64,000 nt of DNA, taken from positions 78,875 to 142,874 of the forward strand of contig JAZSRL010000009.1 of assembly GCA_045538455.1 (NCBI GenBank). The letters run 5' to 3'. Shown here in pieces: positions 55,852 through 64,000 of the stretch (positions are counted from its first letter, which is position 1; each line of letters opens with the position of its first letter). Made by a program: the position numbers and the translations under genes. The DNA is from Clostridia bacterium (GTDB taxonomy: Bacteria > Bacillota > Clostridia > Christensenellales > UBA1242). The notes beneath the pieces were generated by a model. It worked only from the letters and a program-made list of their open reading frames with translations, had not been told where the DNA came from and searched no databases.

Positions 55852-57018
55852 ATGGATAAAAAAGTAACAAAACAACAAAATCAAGCTACGGTCGAAATGA
55901 CCTTCAACAAAGCAGAATGGGATGCAGCCATTGAGAGTGCTTACAAAAAGAATGCCGGAAAATACAAAGTTGCCGGTTTCCGTGCTGGTAAAGCTCCACG
56001 CAAAATGGTAGAACAACAATACGGTGCTGGTATCTTCATCGAAGATGCAATTCAAGATTTATTTGCCGCTAATTTTGGTGACGAATTAAAGTTGATTGAC
56101 TATCCACATTTGGATTTTAATTTTACCGAAGATGGTGGGATTAAATTAGTTGCAAAGTGTGATGTTGAACCAGAAGTTACCTTGGGAAAATACACTGGTT
56201 TGGAAATTAAGAAAACTGAAGTGAAAGTTGGCACCAAAGATGTTGATGCTTACTTGAAGCGCTTACAAGAAACACGCGCGAAGCAAGTCGCAGCAGACAA
56301 AGAACACGCTGTTGCCGATGGAGATATTGCGGTGATTGATTTCCGTGGTAGTGTCGATGGTAAATATTTTGACGGTGGTACCGCAAAGAATTATGAATTA
56401 GAAATTGGCAGCCACAGTTTCATTGATAATTTTGAAGAACAATTAATTGGTTTGAAAATTGGAGAAAGCCGTGATGTGAATGTCACTTTCCCAGCGACTT
56501 ATCATGTAGAAGATTTGAAAAACGCAAAAGCAAAATTTGAAGTAACTTTGAACAATATCATGGTTAAAGAAATGCCAAAGTTAGATGATGAATTTGCGAA
56601 AGAAGTTTCTGAATTTGACAGCTTACAAGCTTTGAAAGATGACATCTTGAAAAAATTAACCGACCAAGCAACAAAGCAAGCAGAATACGCGGACGAAGAA
56701 AAATTGTTTGAAGCAATTATGGATAACGCAAAAGTGGAAATTCCTGACAAAATGATTCACGACTATGCTCATGCCATGATTCACGACATGGAACACAAGT
56801 TGGCGGCACAAGGTGCAAGCTTGGAAATCTATGCGCAATACATGGGAACAACGGTGGAAAAAATTCACGATGAACAACATCAAATTGCGGCAAAGCAAGT
56901 GAAGATGCGTTTGGTGATGGATGCGATTGTCGAAAAAGAACAATTGTCCGACAAAGACCGACAAAAACAATTTGAGAATTTGACTATATTCTTAAAAAGG
57001 GAGAACAAAATATGCTAG
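55852..57018 (+). CDS. tig: trigger factor (short, 388 aa)
   Basis: [20 protein letters not shown], an FKBP-like middle ([15 protein letters not shown]), and position upstream of clpP-clpX. Confidence 0.9.
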   Translation: MDKKVTKQQNQATVEMTFNKAEWDAAIESAYKKNAGKYKVAGFRAGKAPRKMVEQQYGAGIFIEDAIQDLFAANFGDELKLIDYPHLDFNFTEDGGIKLVAKCDVEPEVTLGKYTGLEIKKTEVKVGTKDVDAYLKRLQETRAKQVAADKEHAVADGDIAVIDFRGSVDGKYFDGGTAKNYELEIGSHSFIDNFEEQLIGLKIGESRDVNVTFPATYHVEDLKNAKAKFEVTLNNIMVKEMPKLDDEFAKEVSEFDSLQALKDDILKKLTDQATKQAEYADEEKLFEAIMDNAKVEIPDKMIHDYAHAMIHDMEHKLAAQGASLEIYAQYMGTTVEKIHDEQHQIAAKQVKMRLVMDAIVEKEQLSDKDRQKQFENLTIFLKRENKIC

Positions 57019-57593
57019 TTCCAATGGTAGTTGACCAAACCGCAAACGGTGAACGCAGTTACGATATTTACAGTCGTCTTTTGGAAGACCGTATCATCTT
57101 TTTGAATGGGGAAGTCAATGCTCAATCGGCGAACTTGGTAGTTGCGCAATTGATTTACTTGGAAGCTAAAGACCCAAACAAAGATATTTCTTTGTACATC
57201 AACAGCCCAGGGGGTTCGGTAACCGACGGTTTTGCCATCTACGATACAATGCAATATATCAAGTGTGATGTTTCTACCATCTGTGTGGGAATGGCGGCTT
57301 CGATGGGTGCGTTCTTGTTGGCGGCTGGCGCCAAAGGAAAACGCTTTGCGTTAGCGAACAGTGAAATTATGATTCACCAACCACTTGGTGGTACCCAAGG
57401 TCAAGCCACGGATATTCAAATCCAAGCTGAACACATTTTACATTTGAAGAAAAAATTGACAAAAATCTTAGCGGAAAACTGTGGTAAATCTTTGGAAGAG
57501 GTAACCGCAGATTGTGAACGCGACCATTATTTGACAGCAACCGCAGCCAAAGAATATGGTTTAGTAGATAAGGTTTTTACGAAAAGAGCTTAA
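57012..57593 (+). CDS. clpP: ATP-dependent Clp protease proteolytic subunit
   Basis: [29 protein letters not shown] and IMIHQP. Confidence 0.95.
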   Translation: MLVPMVVDQTANGERSYDIYSRLLEDRIIFLNGEVNAQSANLVVAQLIYLEAKDPNKDISLYINSPGGSVTDGFAIYDTMQYIKCDVSTICVGMAASMGAFLLAAGAKGKRFALANSEIMIHQPLGGTQGQATDIQIQAEHILHLKKKLTKILAENCGKSLEEVTADCERDHYLTATAAKEYGLVDKVFTKRA

Positions 57594-57660
57594 TTGGCAG
57601 GTATAATCATATCTGTCTATGGGAAACTAACAAATAGATATGATTTTCCGAGGAGGTGTT

Positions 57661-59001
57661 ATGAACGCTTTATGTAGTTTTTGCGGACGCAGTAGCCGCG
57701 AAGTAAAGAAAATTATTGGCAGCCCAACTGGGTCGGCCTATATTTGCGAATATTGTATTGAAGCTTGTTCTGATGTGTTATTGGCTCATCGTGAGCATAC
57801 AACGCCTGCGGATTTGGTGTTATTACCACCCGCAGTGATTAAAGCGAAATTAGATGAATATATCATTGGTCAAGACGAAGCGAAGAAAACTTTGTCGGTG
57901 GCGGTGTATAATCATTACAAGCGTATTAATTACAATCAATATTTAAAACAAAGTAAAAAGAAAGACCGTAAACCGGATGATGTCGAATTAGAAAAAAGCA
58001 ATATCTTGATGATTGGGCCAACCGGGTCAGGGAAGACTTTGTTAGCCAAAAACTTGGCGCGGATTTTAGATGTGCCGTTTGCGATTGCCGATGCGACCAC
58101 TTTGACCGAGGCTGGTTATGTGGGTGAAGATGTTGAAAATATTTTATTAAAGTTATTACAAAACTGCGATTACGATGTGGAAAAAGCGCAACGCGGAATT
58201 GTCTATGTGGACGAAATTGACAAGATTGCCAAGAAAGGTGAAAACCGTAGTATTACGCGCGATGTGTCAGGCGAAGGCGTACAACAGTCTTTGTTAAAGA
58301 TTATTGAAGGCACGGTAGCGAATGTGCCACCACAAGGCGGACGCAAACACCCTAGTCAAGAATGTATTCAAATTGATACTTCGAACATTTTATTTATTGT
58401 GGGTGGTGCATTTGTTGGCTTGGAAAAAATTGTATCGGCGCGTTTGAACGGTTCTGGTTTAGGATTTGGTGCCGAGTTGAAAAACAATACAGATGAGTCT
58501 GCCGCAATCACCGACATTAAAAGAGTTAGTCCGGTTGACTTGGTTAAGTTTGGTATTATCCCAGAATTTGTGGGCCGTGTACCCGTGATGGTTGGCTTGG
58601 AAGCTTTAGACAAAGAAGCGTTAATCAAAATTATGACACAGCCGAAGAATGCTTTAACCAAACAATTCATCAAAATGTTTTCGTTGGACAATGTTAAATT
58701 GGAAATTACCAAAGATGCGATTGAACGCGTGGCGGACTTGGCCTTAGAATTAAAAACAGGCGCGCGTGGTTTGCGTACAATTTTGGAAGATGCTTTATTA
58801 GATGTTATGTATGCTACGCCAGCGGATAAAACGATTGATAAAATCATAATTGATGCCGATGTCATTAACAAGAACGCAAAGCCGAAAATTATTCACGCGG
58901 AGAAAGCGCCTGTGGACGAAGTTAGCGAAAGCAAACCCGTTGCGAAAAAAAATAGCACAGCAAAAAACAAAACTGCTGTAAAGCCATTGGCTTCGGCGTA
59001 A
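57661..59001 (+). CDS. clpX: ATP-dependent Clp protease ATP-binding subunit ClpX
   Basis: CSFCGR...CEYC zinc finger, [11 protein letters not shown] and [17 protein letters not shown] before ATG 57661. Confidence 0.95.
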   Translation: MNALCSFCGRSSREVKKIIGSPTGSAYICEYCIEACSDVLLAHREHTTPADLVLLPPAVIKAKLDEYIIGQDEAKKTLSVAVYNHYKRINYNQYLKQSKKKDRKPDDVELEKSNILMIGPTGSGKTLLAKNLARILDVPFAIADATTLTEAGYVGEDVENILLKLLQNCDYDVEKAQRGIVYVDEIDKIAKKGENRSITRDVSGEGVQQSLLKIIEGTVANVPPQGGRKHPSQECIQIDTSNILFIVGGAFVGLEKIVSARLNGSGLGFGAELKNNTDESAAITDIKRVSPVDLVKFGIIPEFVGRVPVMVGLEALDKEALIKIMTQPKNALTKQFIKMFSLDNVKLEITKDAIERVADLALELKTGARGLRTILEDALLDVMYATPADKTIDKIIIDADVINKNAKPKIIHAEKAPVDEVSESKPVAKKNSTAKNKTAVKPLASA

Positions 59002-59020
59002 AACAAAATTGCGAGGATAT

Positions 59021-59776
59021 ATGTCAAGCTTAAGAGAAGATTTTAATGCATTACCATTTCAGGAAGTTTATAAGATTTTAAGTGAGTTAAATGCTGCACC
59101 TGAACTAACTGATAAATTAATCGTAGGTGGGGGAATAGCACCATATTTATTAATTGAAACAAATTCAGAAAGGCAACACCGTGATGCAGATTTGTTGGTT
59201 GATGAAAATGATATGACAGCGGTGCGTGATTATTTAAAAAAACACAATCTTTATGATGCGCGCTATGATTCTCTTTCGTATCAAGGTGTAACACGCGACC
59301 ATGGGGTGACGGCACGGATTAACGGATTTCCGGTCGGGTTTTATCCGTACAATGCCGTGACAGACGAACAAACAAAAGAACCGGCAATCGACATTTATGC
59401 TTACAGTTTTGGTGAAACGCCAGATCAAATCGACTTAAAAGAAAGTCATATTGTTGGTTTTGAAAAAGGTGACTTATGTATAACAAAATGCTTGAGTGAT
59501 GAAAGTCGAATGAAAATTATATCACCAGAAGTTGTTGTTGTTTCAAAACTAGGGAAAGGTAAAAATAATTTAAGAGATAAAGATAAACAAGATTTACATG
59601 CGATGATCTTTACACGCATGAATGCGGAGAAAATGAAACGCATTTATCACGCCTTTAATCACCGTGGCACCAGAAGGTCGATTGCGGAAAAAGATGTAGA
59701 AAAAGTGTCTTTGGACGACATCCTAAAAATATTCCGCTATAACGACCTTGAAATAGAAACTACAATTGGTCAGTAA
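59021..59776 (+). CDS. putative Lnu/ANT(2'')-like nucleotidyltransferase-fold protein
   Basis: VGGGIAPYLL...RQHRDADLLV resembles the GGWG...HxDxD core of lincosamide/aminoglycoside nucleotidyltransferases. AT-rich gene. Confidence 0.4.
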   Translation: MSSLREDFNALPFQEVYKILSELNAAPELTDKLIVGGGIAPYLLIETNSERQHRDADLLVDENDMTAVRDYLKKHNLYDARYDSLSYQGVTRDHGVTARINGFPVGFYPYNAVTDEQTKEPAIDIYAYSFGETPDQIDLKESHIVGFEKGDLCITKCLSDESRMKIISPEVVVVSKLGKGKNNLRDKDKQDLHAMIFTRMNAEKMKRIYHAFNHRGTRRSIAEKDVEKVSLDDILKIFRYNDLEIETTIGQ

Positions 59777-59780
59777 AAAA

Positions 59781-59807
59781 AAGACATACAAGCGTATGTC
59801 TTTTTTC
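59781..59807. terminator. bidirectional rho-independent terminator
   Basis: AAGACATAC-AAGC-GTATGTCTT flanked by A7 and T6. Confidence 0.85.
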
Positions 59808-59827
59808 TTTTGTTTGCGCTTTGCGAA

Positions 59828-60451
59828 TTAGTTTTCCAATGCTTTAATTTGGCTGGTATGTAATTCGACTTTGTTGCTGCGGCCAAACATATTAACGATA
59901 ACTGTAATTTTGTGGTTGGCAGCATCGACATTCGTAATCTTTGCGGTTTGTCCCATTAATGGTCCGTCAATGATGGTTACTACATCGTCAACTTCGAATG
60001 ATACTTTCGCATTTAATTTGCGTTCTAAACGCATTTTCATGACATCAGCATTTGACAAGGGAAGTGGACGACCTTTTGGACCAACAAAACCAGTAATACC
60101 ACGCGTACGCGTAATGGTGTGCCAGATATCATCTCCGTAAATCATTTTTACGAAAATGTAAGTTGGCATACTGTGTTGGCTCTTGATTGATTTAGTGCCG
60201 TCTTTCTTTTCAGTCATCACATCTTCGGTTGGAATGTAGATTTCCAAAACGCGATCTTCTAAGTGATATTTTTCCACAACTTTTTTTAAGTTATCTTCGG
60301 CAACAGCTTCATAACCATTGAAAGTGTGTAATACATACCAACGAGCTTCGCTGTCGCGGCGTTGATTGCCAGCGACTTTCAATTCTGGTGGCATATCGTT
60401 TTTTAATTCTTGAGCGATATTGTTTTCTGTCAAATTTGTATTCTCTTCCAT
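59828..60451 (-). CDS. nusG: transcription termination/antitermination factor NusG
   Basis: WYVLHTFNGYE NGN domain and a KOW motif (VTIIDGPLMGQTAKI). Confidence 0.95.
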   Translation of the reverse strand: MEENTNLTENNIAQELKNDMPPELKVAGNQRRDSEARWYVLHTFNGYEAVAEDNLKKVVEKYHLEDRVLEIYIPTEDVMTEKKDGTKSIKSQHSMPTYIFVKMIYGDDIWHTITRTRGITGFVGPKGRPLPLSNADVMKMRLERKLNAKVSFEVDDVVTIIDGPLMGQTAKITNVDAANHKITVIVNMFGRSNKVELHTSQIKALEN

Positions 60452-60460
60452 AATTCCTCC

Positions 60461-60946
60461 TTAAAAGAGTGTCCAGCCGGAAAGGCTTCCGTTCACTAAT
60501 AAATAATGTAGTAAGCCGAACAAGATCCACATAACTAATAAAAGGATACCGAAAAGGATAACAATCCCCAAAACGATTCCAGTAGATTTTATGACTTGTT
60601 TGAATGTCGGCCAATGGACTTTCTTTAATTCGCTAAAAATAGCAGCGATACCACGAGAAAGCCATTTAAAGAAACGAACCAAGAAAAATGGTTTCTTGTC
60701 TTTTTTATCTTTTGGCTTGTCCGCCGCTTTTTTAGCTTTTTCTTTTTGTAAGCGTTTTTCTTCTTTTGCGCGTTCTTTTGCAGCTTTGCGCAATTCTTTC
60801 GGTGTCAGAATGGGTGACAAGTTTTCGGTTGCAACATTGTCATTGACATTCTCGACCGTTGAATCGGCTGCTGCGGACACAGGAGCTTTATTTTGAGCTC
60901 GGTTGTATTGCTTTTGTGCGTGTCTGCGCTTCGATTTTGAACCCAT
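60461..60946 (-). CDS. secE: preprotein translocase SecE with ~100-aa Lys/Glu-rich N-terminal extension
   Basis: C-terminal ELKKVHWPTFKQVIKSTGIVLGIVILFGILLL is SecE-like. Position between rpmG and nusG. Confidence 0.8.
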   Translation of the reverse strand: MGSKSKRRHAQKQYNRAQNKAPVSAAADSTVENVNDNVATENLSPILTPKELRKAAKERAKEEKRLQKEKAKKAADKPKDKKDKKPFFLVRFFKWLSRGIAAIFSELKKVHWPTFKQVIKSTGIVLGIVILFGILLLVMWILFGLLHYLLVNGSLSGWTLF

Positions 60947-60955
60947 GCGGCCTCC

Positions 60956-61123
60956 TTATTTGCTTTCTTTGTGTTCCGTGTGTTTGCGGCAGAAACGGCA
61001 GTACTTTGTCAACACTTTACGCTCTGGATCATTCTTTTTGTTTTTTTCCGTGTCGTAGTTGCGTTGGTTGCATTCTGTACAAACCAATACCATTGGAACG
61101 CGATTACCTTTTTTGTTTGCCAT
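60956..61123 (-). CDS. rpmG: 50S ribosomal protein L33
   Basis: Own translation: [55 protein letters not shown] (55 aa) with GGAGAG RBS. Too short for the ORF track. Confidence 0.9.
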   Translation of the reverse strand: MANKKGNRVPMVLVCTECNQRNYDTEKNKKNDPERKVLTKYCRFCRKHTEHKESK

Positions 61124-61135
61124 ATTTTTCTCTCC

Positions 61136-61207
61136 TTAAAAAAAAGACACCTTTTGCGGCTGTCTTTGTTTATCTTATATAATATATCCAAGACTCTTGA
61201 TTGTCAA
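61136..61207 (-). promoter_or_regulatory. rpmG-secE-nusG promoter plus terminator-like leader hairpin
   Basis: On the minus strand, TTGACA (61207-61202)-17-TATTAT (61184-61179). Then hairpin AAAGACA/TGTCTTT (61167-61143) followed by U8, ending just before the RBS. Confidence 0.5.
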
Positions 61208-61232
61208 GCGGATATATGATAAGCTGCTCTTG

Positions 61233-62573
61233 ATGGAAGCAACAGTTATTCAATATATGACAGACCATAATATGATTAATGCGGGCGACCGTGTGGGGAT
61301 TGGTGTGTCTGGTGGCGAAGATTCAATGGCTTTGTTGGCGTTGTTTAATAACTTGGCCCAACAATTAGATTTTGAGATTTTGGCGGTACATGTTAATCAC
61401 AAGATTCGTAAGTCGGCGAACCGTGATATGCGTTTTGTAAAAAAATACTGTGATGATAATGGGATACCATTTGTGAAATATGTCGTGGACGCACCCGAAT
61501 ACTCTACGACACACAAGGTTGGGTTAGAAGTCGCTGCGCGTGAGTTGCGTTATGAATGTTTTGAAAAAGCTGTAAAAAAATACAAGTTAAATAAATTTGC
61601 TTTGGCACATCATTTGAATGACCAAGCCGAAACTGTGTTAATGCATTTATTCCGTGGTTGCAGCTTGGAAGGGGCTTCGGGGATGGCACCGAAGCGTGGA
61701 TTCTATATCCGTCCGTTCTTAGAAACCAAGAAGTCGGATATTATTGCTTACAATTATCGCAATTCAATTCCGCATGTAGATGATGAAACGAATGATGACA
61801 ACGCTTATCGCCGTAATTATATTCGGAATGTTTTGTTGCCAGAAATTACGCGTGAATGGCGTGGTGCGGCGGAGAACTTGGCTTCGTTCGGGAAGATTGC
61901 GGCACGCGACAATAAGTTCATTACCGACCAATGTGATATGAATGGGATAGTGCGTGATGGTAATGTGGTGCGGATTCCTTTAAATCGTTTTTATTTGCCT
62001 GATGCGATTGTGACGCGTATGATTTATCACGGCTTAGGTTTATTGGGGTTACGCATTGATATTGAAATTAAACATATTAACGCGATTATGGCTTTAAGCG
62101 CGGACGGTTTGAACGGTGAAAAAGTTTCTTTGCCACACAATGCTTACGCGGTGAAAGAATATGAATATATTAGCTTGGTGCGCAGCGAAAATCGGCCAGA
62201 ATTTAAAGAATATAGTTTCCGCGTAGGTAAGACTTTGGTGGAAGGTTTTGGCACAATTTCGATTACTAAAACCATTAGTTATAAATTAGCAATTCAACGC
62301 GGTTTATGTGTTGTCGATGCAGATAAGTTGCCGCGTAAAGCAAAATGGCGTTTCCGTTTAGATGGTGATATGTTTGAAAAAATTGGCGGCGGTACCAAGA
62401 AGTTAAATGCTTATTTAACGGATAAAAAAGTACCAGCCCGTTTAAGACCGACCACACCAGTTCTGGCTTTGGACCACGAAGTATTTGTGGTTGGTGGTGT
62501 GGCGATTAGTGAAAAAGTCAAAACCGACCGTGACACAATTGATGCTTATGTTTTGGAATTTATTCGTCAATAA
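61233..62573 (+). CDS. tilS: tRNA(Ile)-lysidine synthase
   Basis: GVSGGEDSMALL PP-loop and HHLNDQAET. ATG 61233 chosen. Confidence 0.9.
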   Translation: MEATVIQYMTDHNMINAGDRVGIGVSGGEDSMALLALFNNLAQQLDFEILAVHVNHKIRKSANRDMRFVKKYCDDNGIPFVKYVVDAPEYSTTHKVGLEVAARELRYECFEKAVKKYKLNKFALAHHLNDQAETVLMHLFRGCSLEGASGMAPKRGFYIRPFLETKKSDIIAYNYRNSIPHVDDETNDDNAYRRNYIRNVLLPEITREWRGAAENLASFGKIAARDNKFITDQCDMNGIVRDGNVVRIPLNRFYLPDAIVTRMIYHGLGLLGLRIDIEIKHINAIMALSADGLNGEKVSLPHNAYAVKEYEYISLVRSENRPEFKEYSFRVGKTLVEGFGTISITKTISYKLAIQRGLCVVDADKLPRKAKWRFRLDGDMFEKIGGGTKKLNAYLTDKKVPARLRPTTPVLALDHEVFVVGGVAISEKVKTDRDTIDAYVLEFIRQ

Positions 62574-62594
62574 AGGCGAGTGACGATTTTTAAA

Positions 62595-64000
62595 TTAAAT
62601 TTCTGAGGGAGTTTCGTTTTGGCGGTTGCGGTTTTCGGCAGCAATTTCGGATAAGATTTGCGCGAAAGCTTCAATGCCAATTTCTTCGATATGCCCGCTT
62701 TGGTTGGCGCCCAGCACTTCGCCAGAGCCACGGATTTCTAGGTCGCGCATGGCAATATTAAAGCCGGCGCCGGTTGAATAAAAGTTTTTAATCGCGTTAA
62801 TGCGTTCCATAGCTTTGTCAGTGGTGTATTCGGCGCGCGCATAAGTTAGGTAAGCATAAGCTTGGGTGGTGCTGCGTCCGACACGACCACGCAATTGGTG
62901 CATTTGGGCTAGTCCCAATTTATCCGCACCAATGACAAACAATGTATTGGCTGTGGTTAAGTCGATACCGTTTTCCAAAATTGTGGAAGCAACGATAATA
63001 TCGATTTCGCGTTCGTAAACGGCAGTGATGGTGCGTTCGATTTGGGCAGTTGGCATTTGGCCGTGAACATAAGCCACTTTCTCGGGATAGCGTGCGGCAA
63101 TTTTCGCAGCAAATTTGTCCATGTCTTTGACTGTGTTATACAGTATTATGACTTGACCTTGGCGTGCCAGTTCTTCGTCAATGGCATTCCATAAAAGTTC
63201 CCAACTAAATTCGGCAACGCGTGTGATAACGGGGAGACGGTCTTTGGGTGGTGTGGTGATAACGGAAATATCACGCAGTCCCATTAGAGACATATTCAGT
63301 GTGCGGGGGATTGGGGTCGCGGACAAAGTAAGCACATCGACATGGGGTGTCAGCTTTTTGATTTTTTCTTTGGCTTCGACGCCGAAGCGTTGTTCTTCGT
63401 CTAAGATGAGTAATCCGAGATGATGGAAATTGGATTGGGTAAGTGATAATAATTTATGAGTGCCGACAATAATGTCAATTTTTCCTTCTTGTAAATCGGC
63501 GAGTGTTTGGGCTTGTTGTTTAGGCGTAATAAAACGGTTATAAACGGCAACGCGAATGCCGAATTGTTGGAAACGAGCCACTGCGTTTTGGTAGTGTTGC
63601 ATAGACAGGATTGTGGTCGGACACAGGAGTACGACTTGGTAGCCATTCATGACCGCATTGAAAGCGGTGCGGAAAGCAATTTCCGTTTTGCCATAACCGA
63701 CATCGCCGCAAACCAAGCGGTCCATTAAGCGTGGACTGGTTAAGTCGGTATAGATGTCTTGCATGACTTTTTCTTGGTCGGTGGTTAAATTATAAGGAAA
63801 GCTGGCGGCGAAAGCGGCGTTATTGTCATCTAAAATTTCGTAGGGTGTGCGTTTGATGCCAGCCCGTTGACGATATAAGTCACTTAATTTGAAGGAGAGT
63901 TCTTGCAGGCGTCGCCGAACCCGTTGCTTCGCATTGGCGAAGTCTTGCCCCCCTATTTTGTGTAGGCGTGTTGGTTCCCCAACATAGTTAGAAAGTACAT
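62595..64000 (-). CDS. mfd: transcription-repair coupling factor Mfd (C-terminal part; N-terminus beyond window)
   Basis: CGDVGYGKTE, LILDEEQRFG and QLRGRVGRS helicase motifs. The reading frame stays open upstream of the track start to the window end. Confidence 0.9.
   Translation of the reverse strand, partial: VLSNYVGEPTRLHKIGGQDFANAKQRVRRRLQELSFKLSDLYRQRAGIKRTPYEILDDNNAAFAASFPYNLTTDQEKVMQDIYTDLTSPRLMDRLVCGDVGYGKTEIAFRTAFNAVMNGYQVVLLCPTTILSMQHYQNAVARFQQFGIRVAVYNRFITPKQQAQTLADLQEGKIDIIVGTHKLLSLTQSNFHHLGLLILDEEQRFGVEAKEKIKKLTPHVDVLTLSATPIPRTLNMSLMGLRDISVITTPPKDRLPVITRVAEFSWELLWNAIDEELARQGQVIILYNTVKDMDKFAAKIAARYPEKVAYVHGQMPTAQIERTITAVYEREIDIIVASTILENGIDLTTANTLFVIGADKLGLAQMHQLRGRVGRSTTQAYAYLTYARAEYTTDKAMERINAIKNFYSTGAGFNIAMRDLEIRGSGEVLGANQSGHIEEIGIEAFAQILSEIAAENRNRQNETPSEI

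Noticed and set aside
58368-58871. Long antisense ORFs in the track (for example 58368-58871, 13056-13394, 12013-12435, 35665-36084, 845-1270, 52688-53023).
   Set aside because: Each lies entirely opposite a confidently identified gene. They have low-complexity or odd composition and no RBS, and are typical shadow ORFs.
61009-61191. The 60-aa minus-strand track ORF (MDILYKINKD...).
   Set aside because: It overlaps the promoter and leader and sits out of frame with the clear L33 gene (60956-61123), which has an RBS and an unmistakable L33 sequence.
1-64000. Alternative genetic code (TGA read as Trp), given the Mollicute-like fusions and reduced genes.
   Set aside because: TGA terminates several well-conserved genes at the expected length, for example parA at 14790-14792 and the HgdB-like gene at 6157-6159 in an ATGA overlap. 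No conserved protein needs read-through.

Overview
Chromosomal segment of a low-GC Firmicutes-type bacterium. It uses the standard code, with TGA as a stop. The gene content is SpoIVB, DegV, Soj/Spo0J, RNase J and YwlE-RpiB type. Several housekeeping proteins are unusually short, which suggests a streamlined genome. Most of the window is core genes: mutM, recF, cvpA, parB-parA, dnaX, ybaB, gltX, tsaC, murB, spoIVB, an S11 D-Ala-D-Ala carboxypeptidase, potA-potB-potCD, tsaE-tsaB, murF, recA, an S8 protease, a YwlE-like phosphatase, rpiB, ftsY, recJ, RNase J, lspA, rluD, tig-clpP-clpX, rpmG-secE-nusG, tilS and a partial mfd. There are also 3 tRNAs and 3 DegV paralogs. I saw no rRNA, CRISPR array, integrase or transposase. 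The most unusual content: (1) At 24.4-33.7 kb, just after a tRNA-Leu, lie nine tandem same-strand paralogs of a ~300-aa soluble protein family I cannot assign. Each ATG sits 5-7 nt after a TATAAT-type -10 box with no Shine-Dalgarno, so the transcripts look leaderless. Eight of the nine also have a TTGAC-type -35. (2) That tRNA-Leu reads anticodon AAG (A34), and a tRNA-Ala has C at position 33. (3) Seven copies of a parS-like 16-mer lie next to an inverted-order parB-parA pair. (4) A MarR-controlled cluster encodes DegV, DUF2229, an HgdB-like protein, a BcrA/HgdC-type activase ATPase and a second DegV. (5) dnaX appears to be split. Function of the nine-gene array is unknown, and every functional idea about it is inference.
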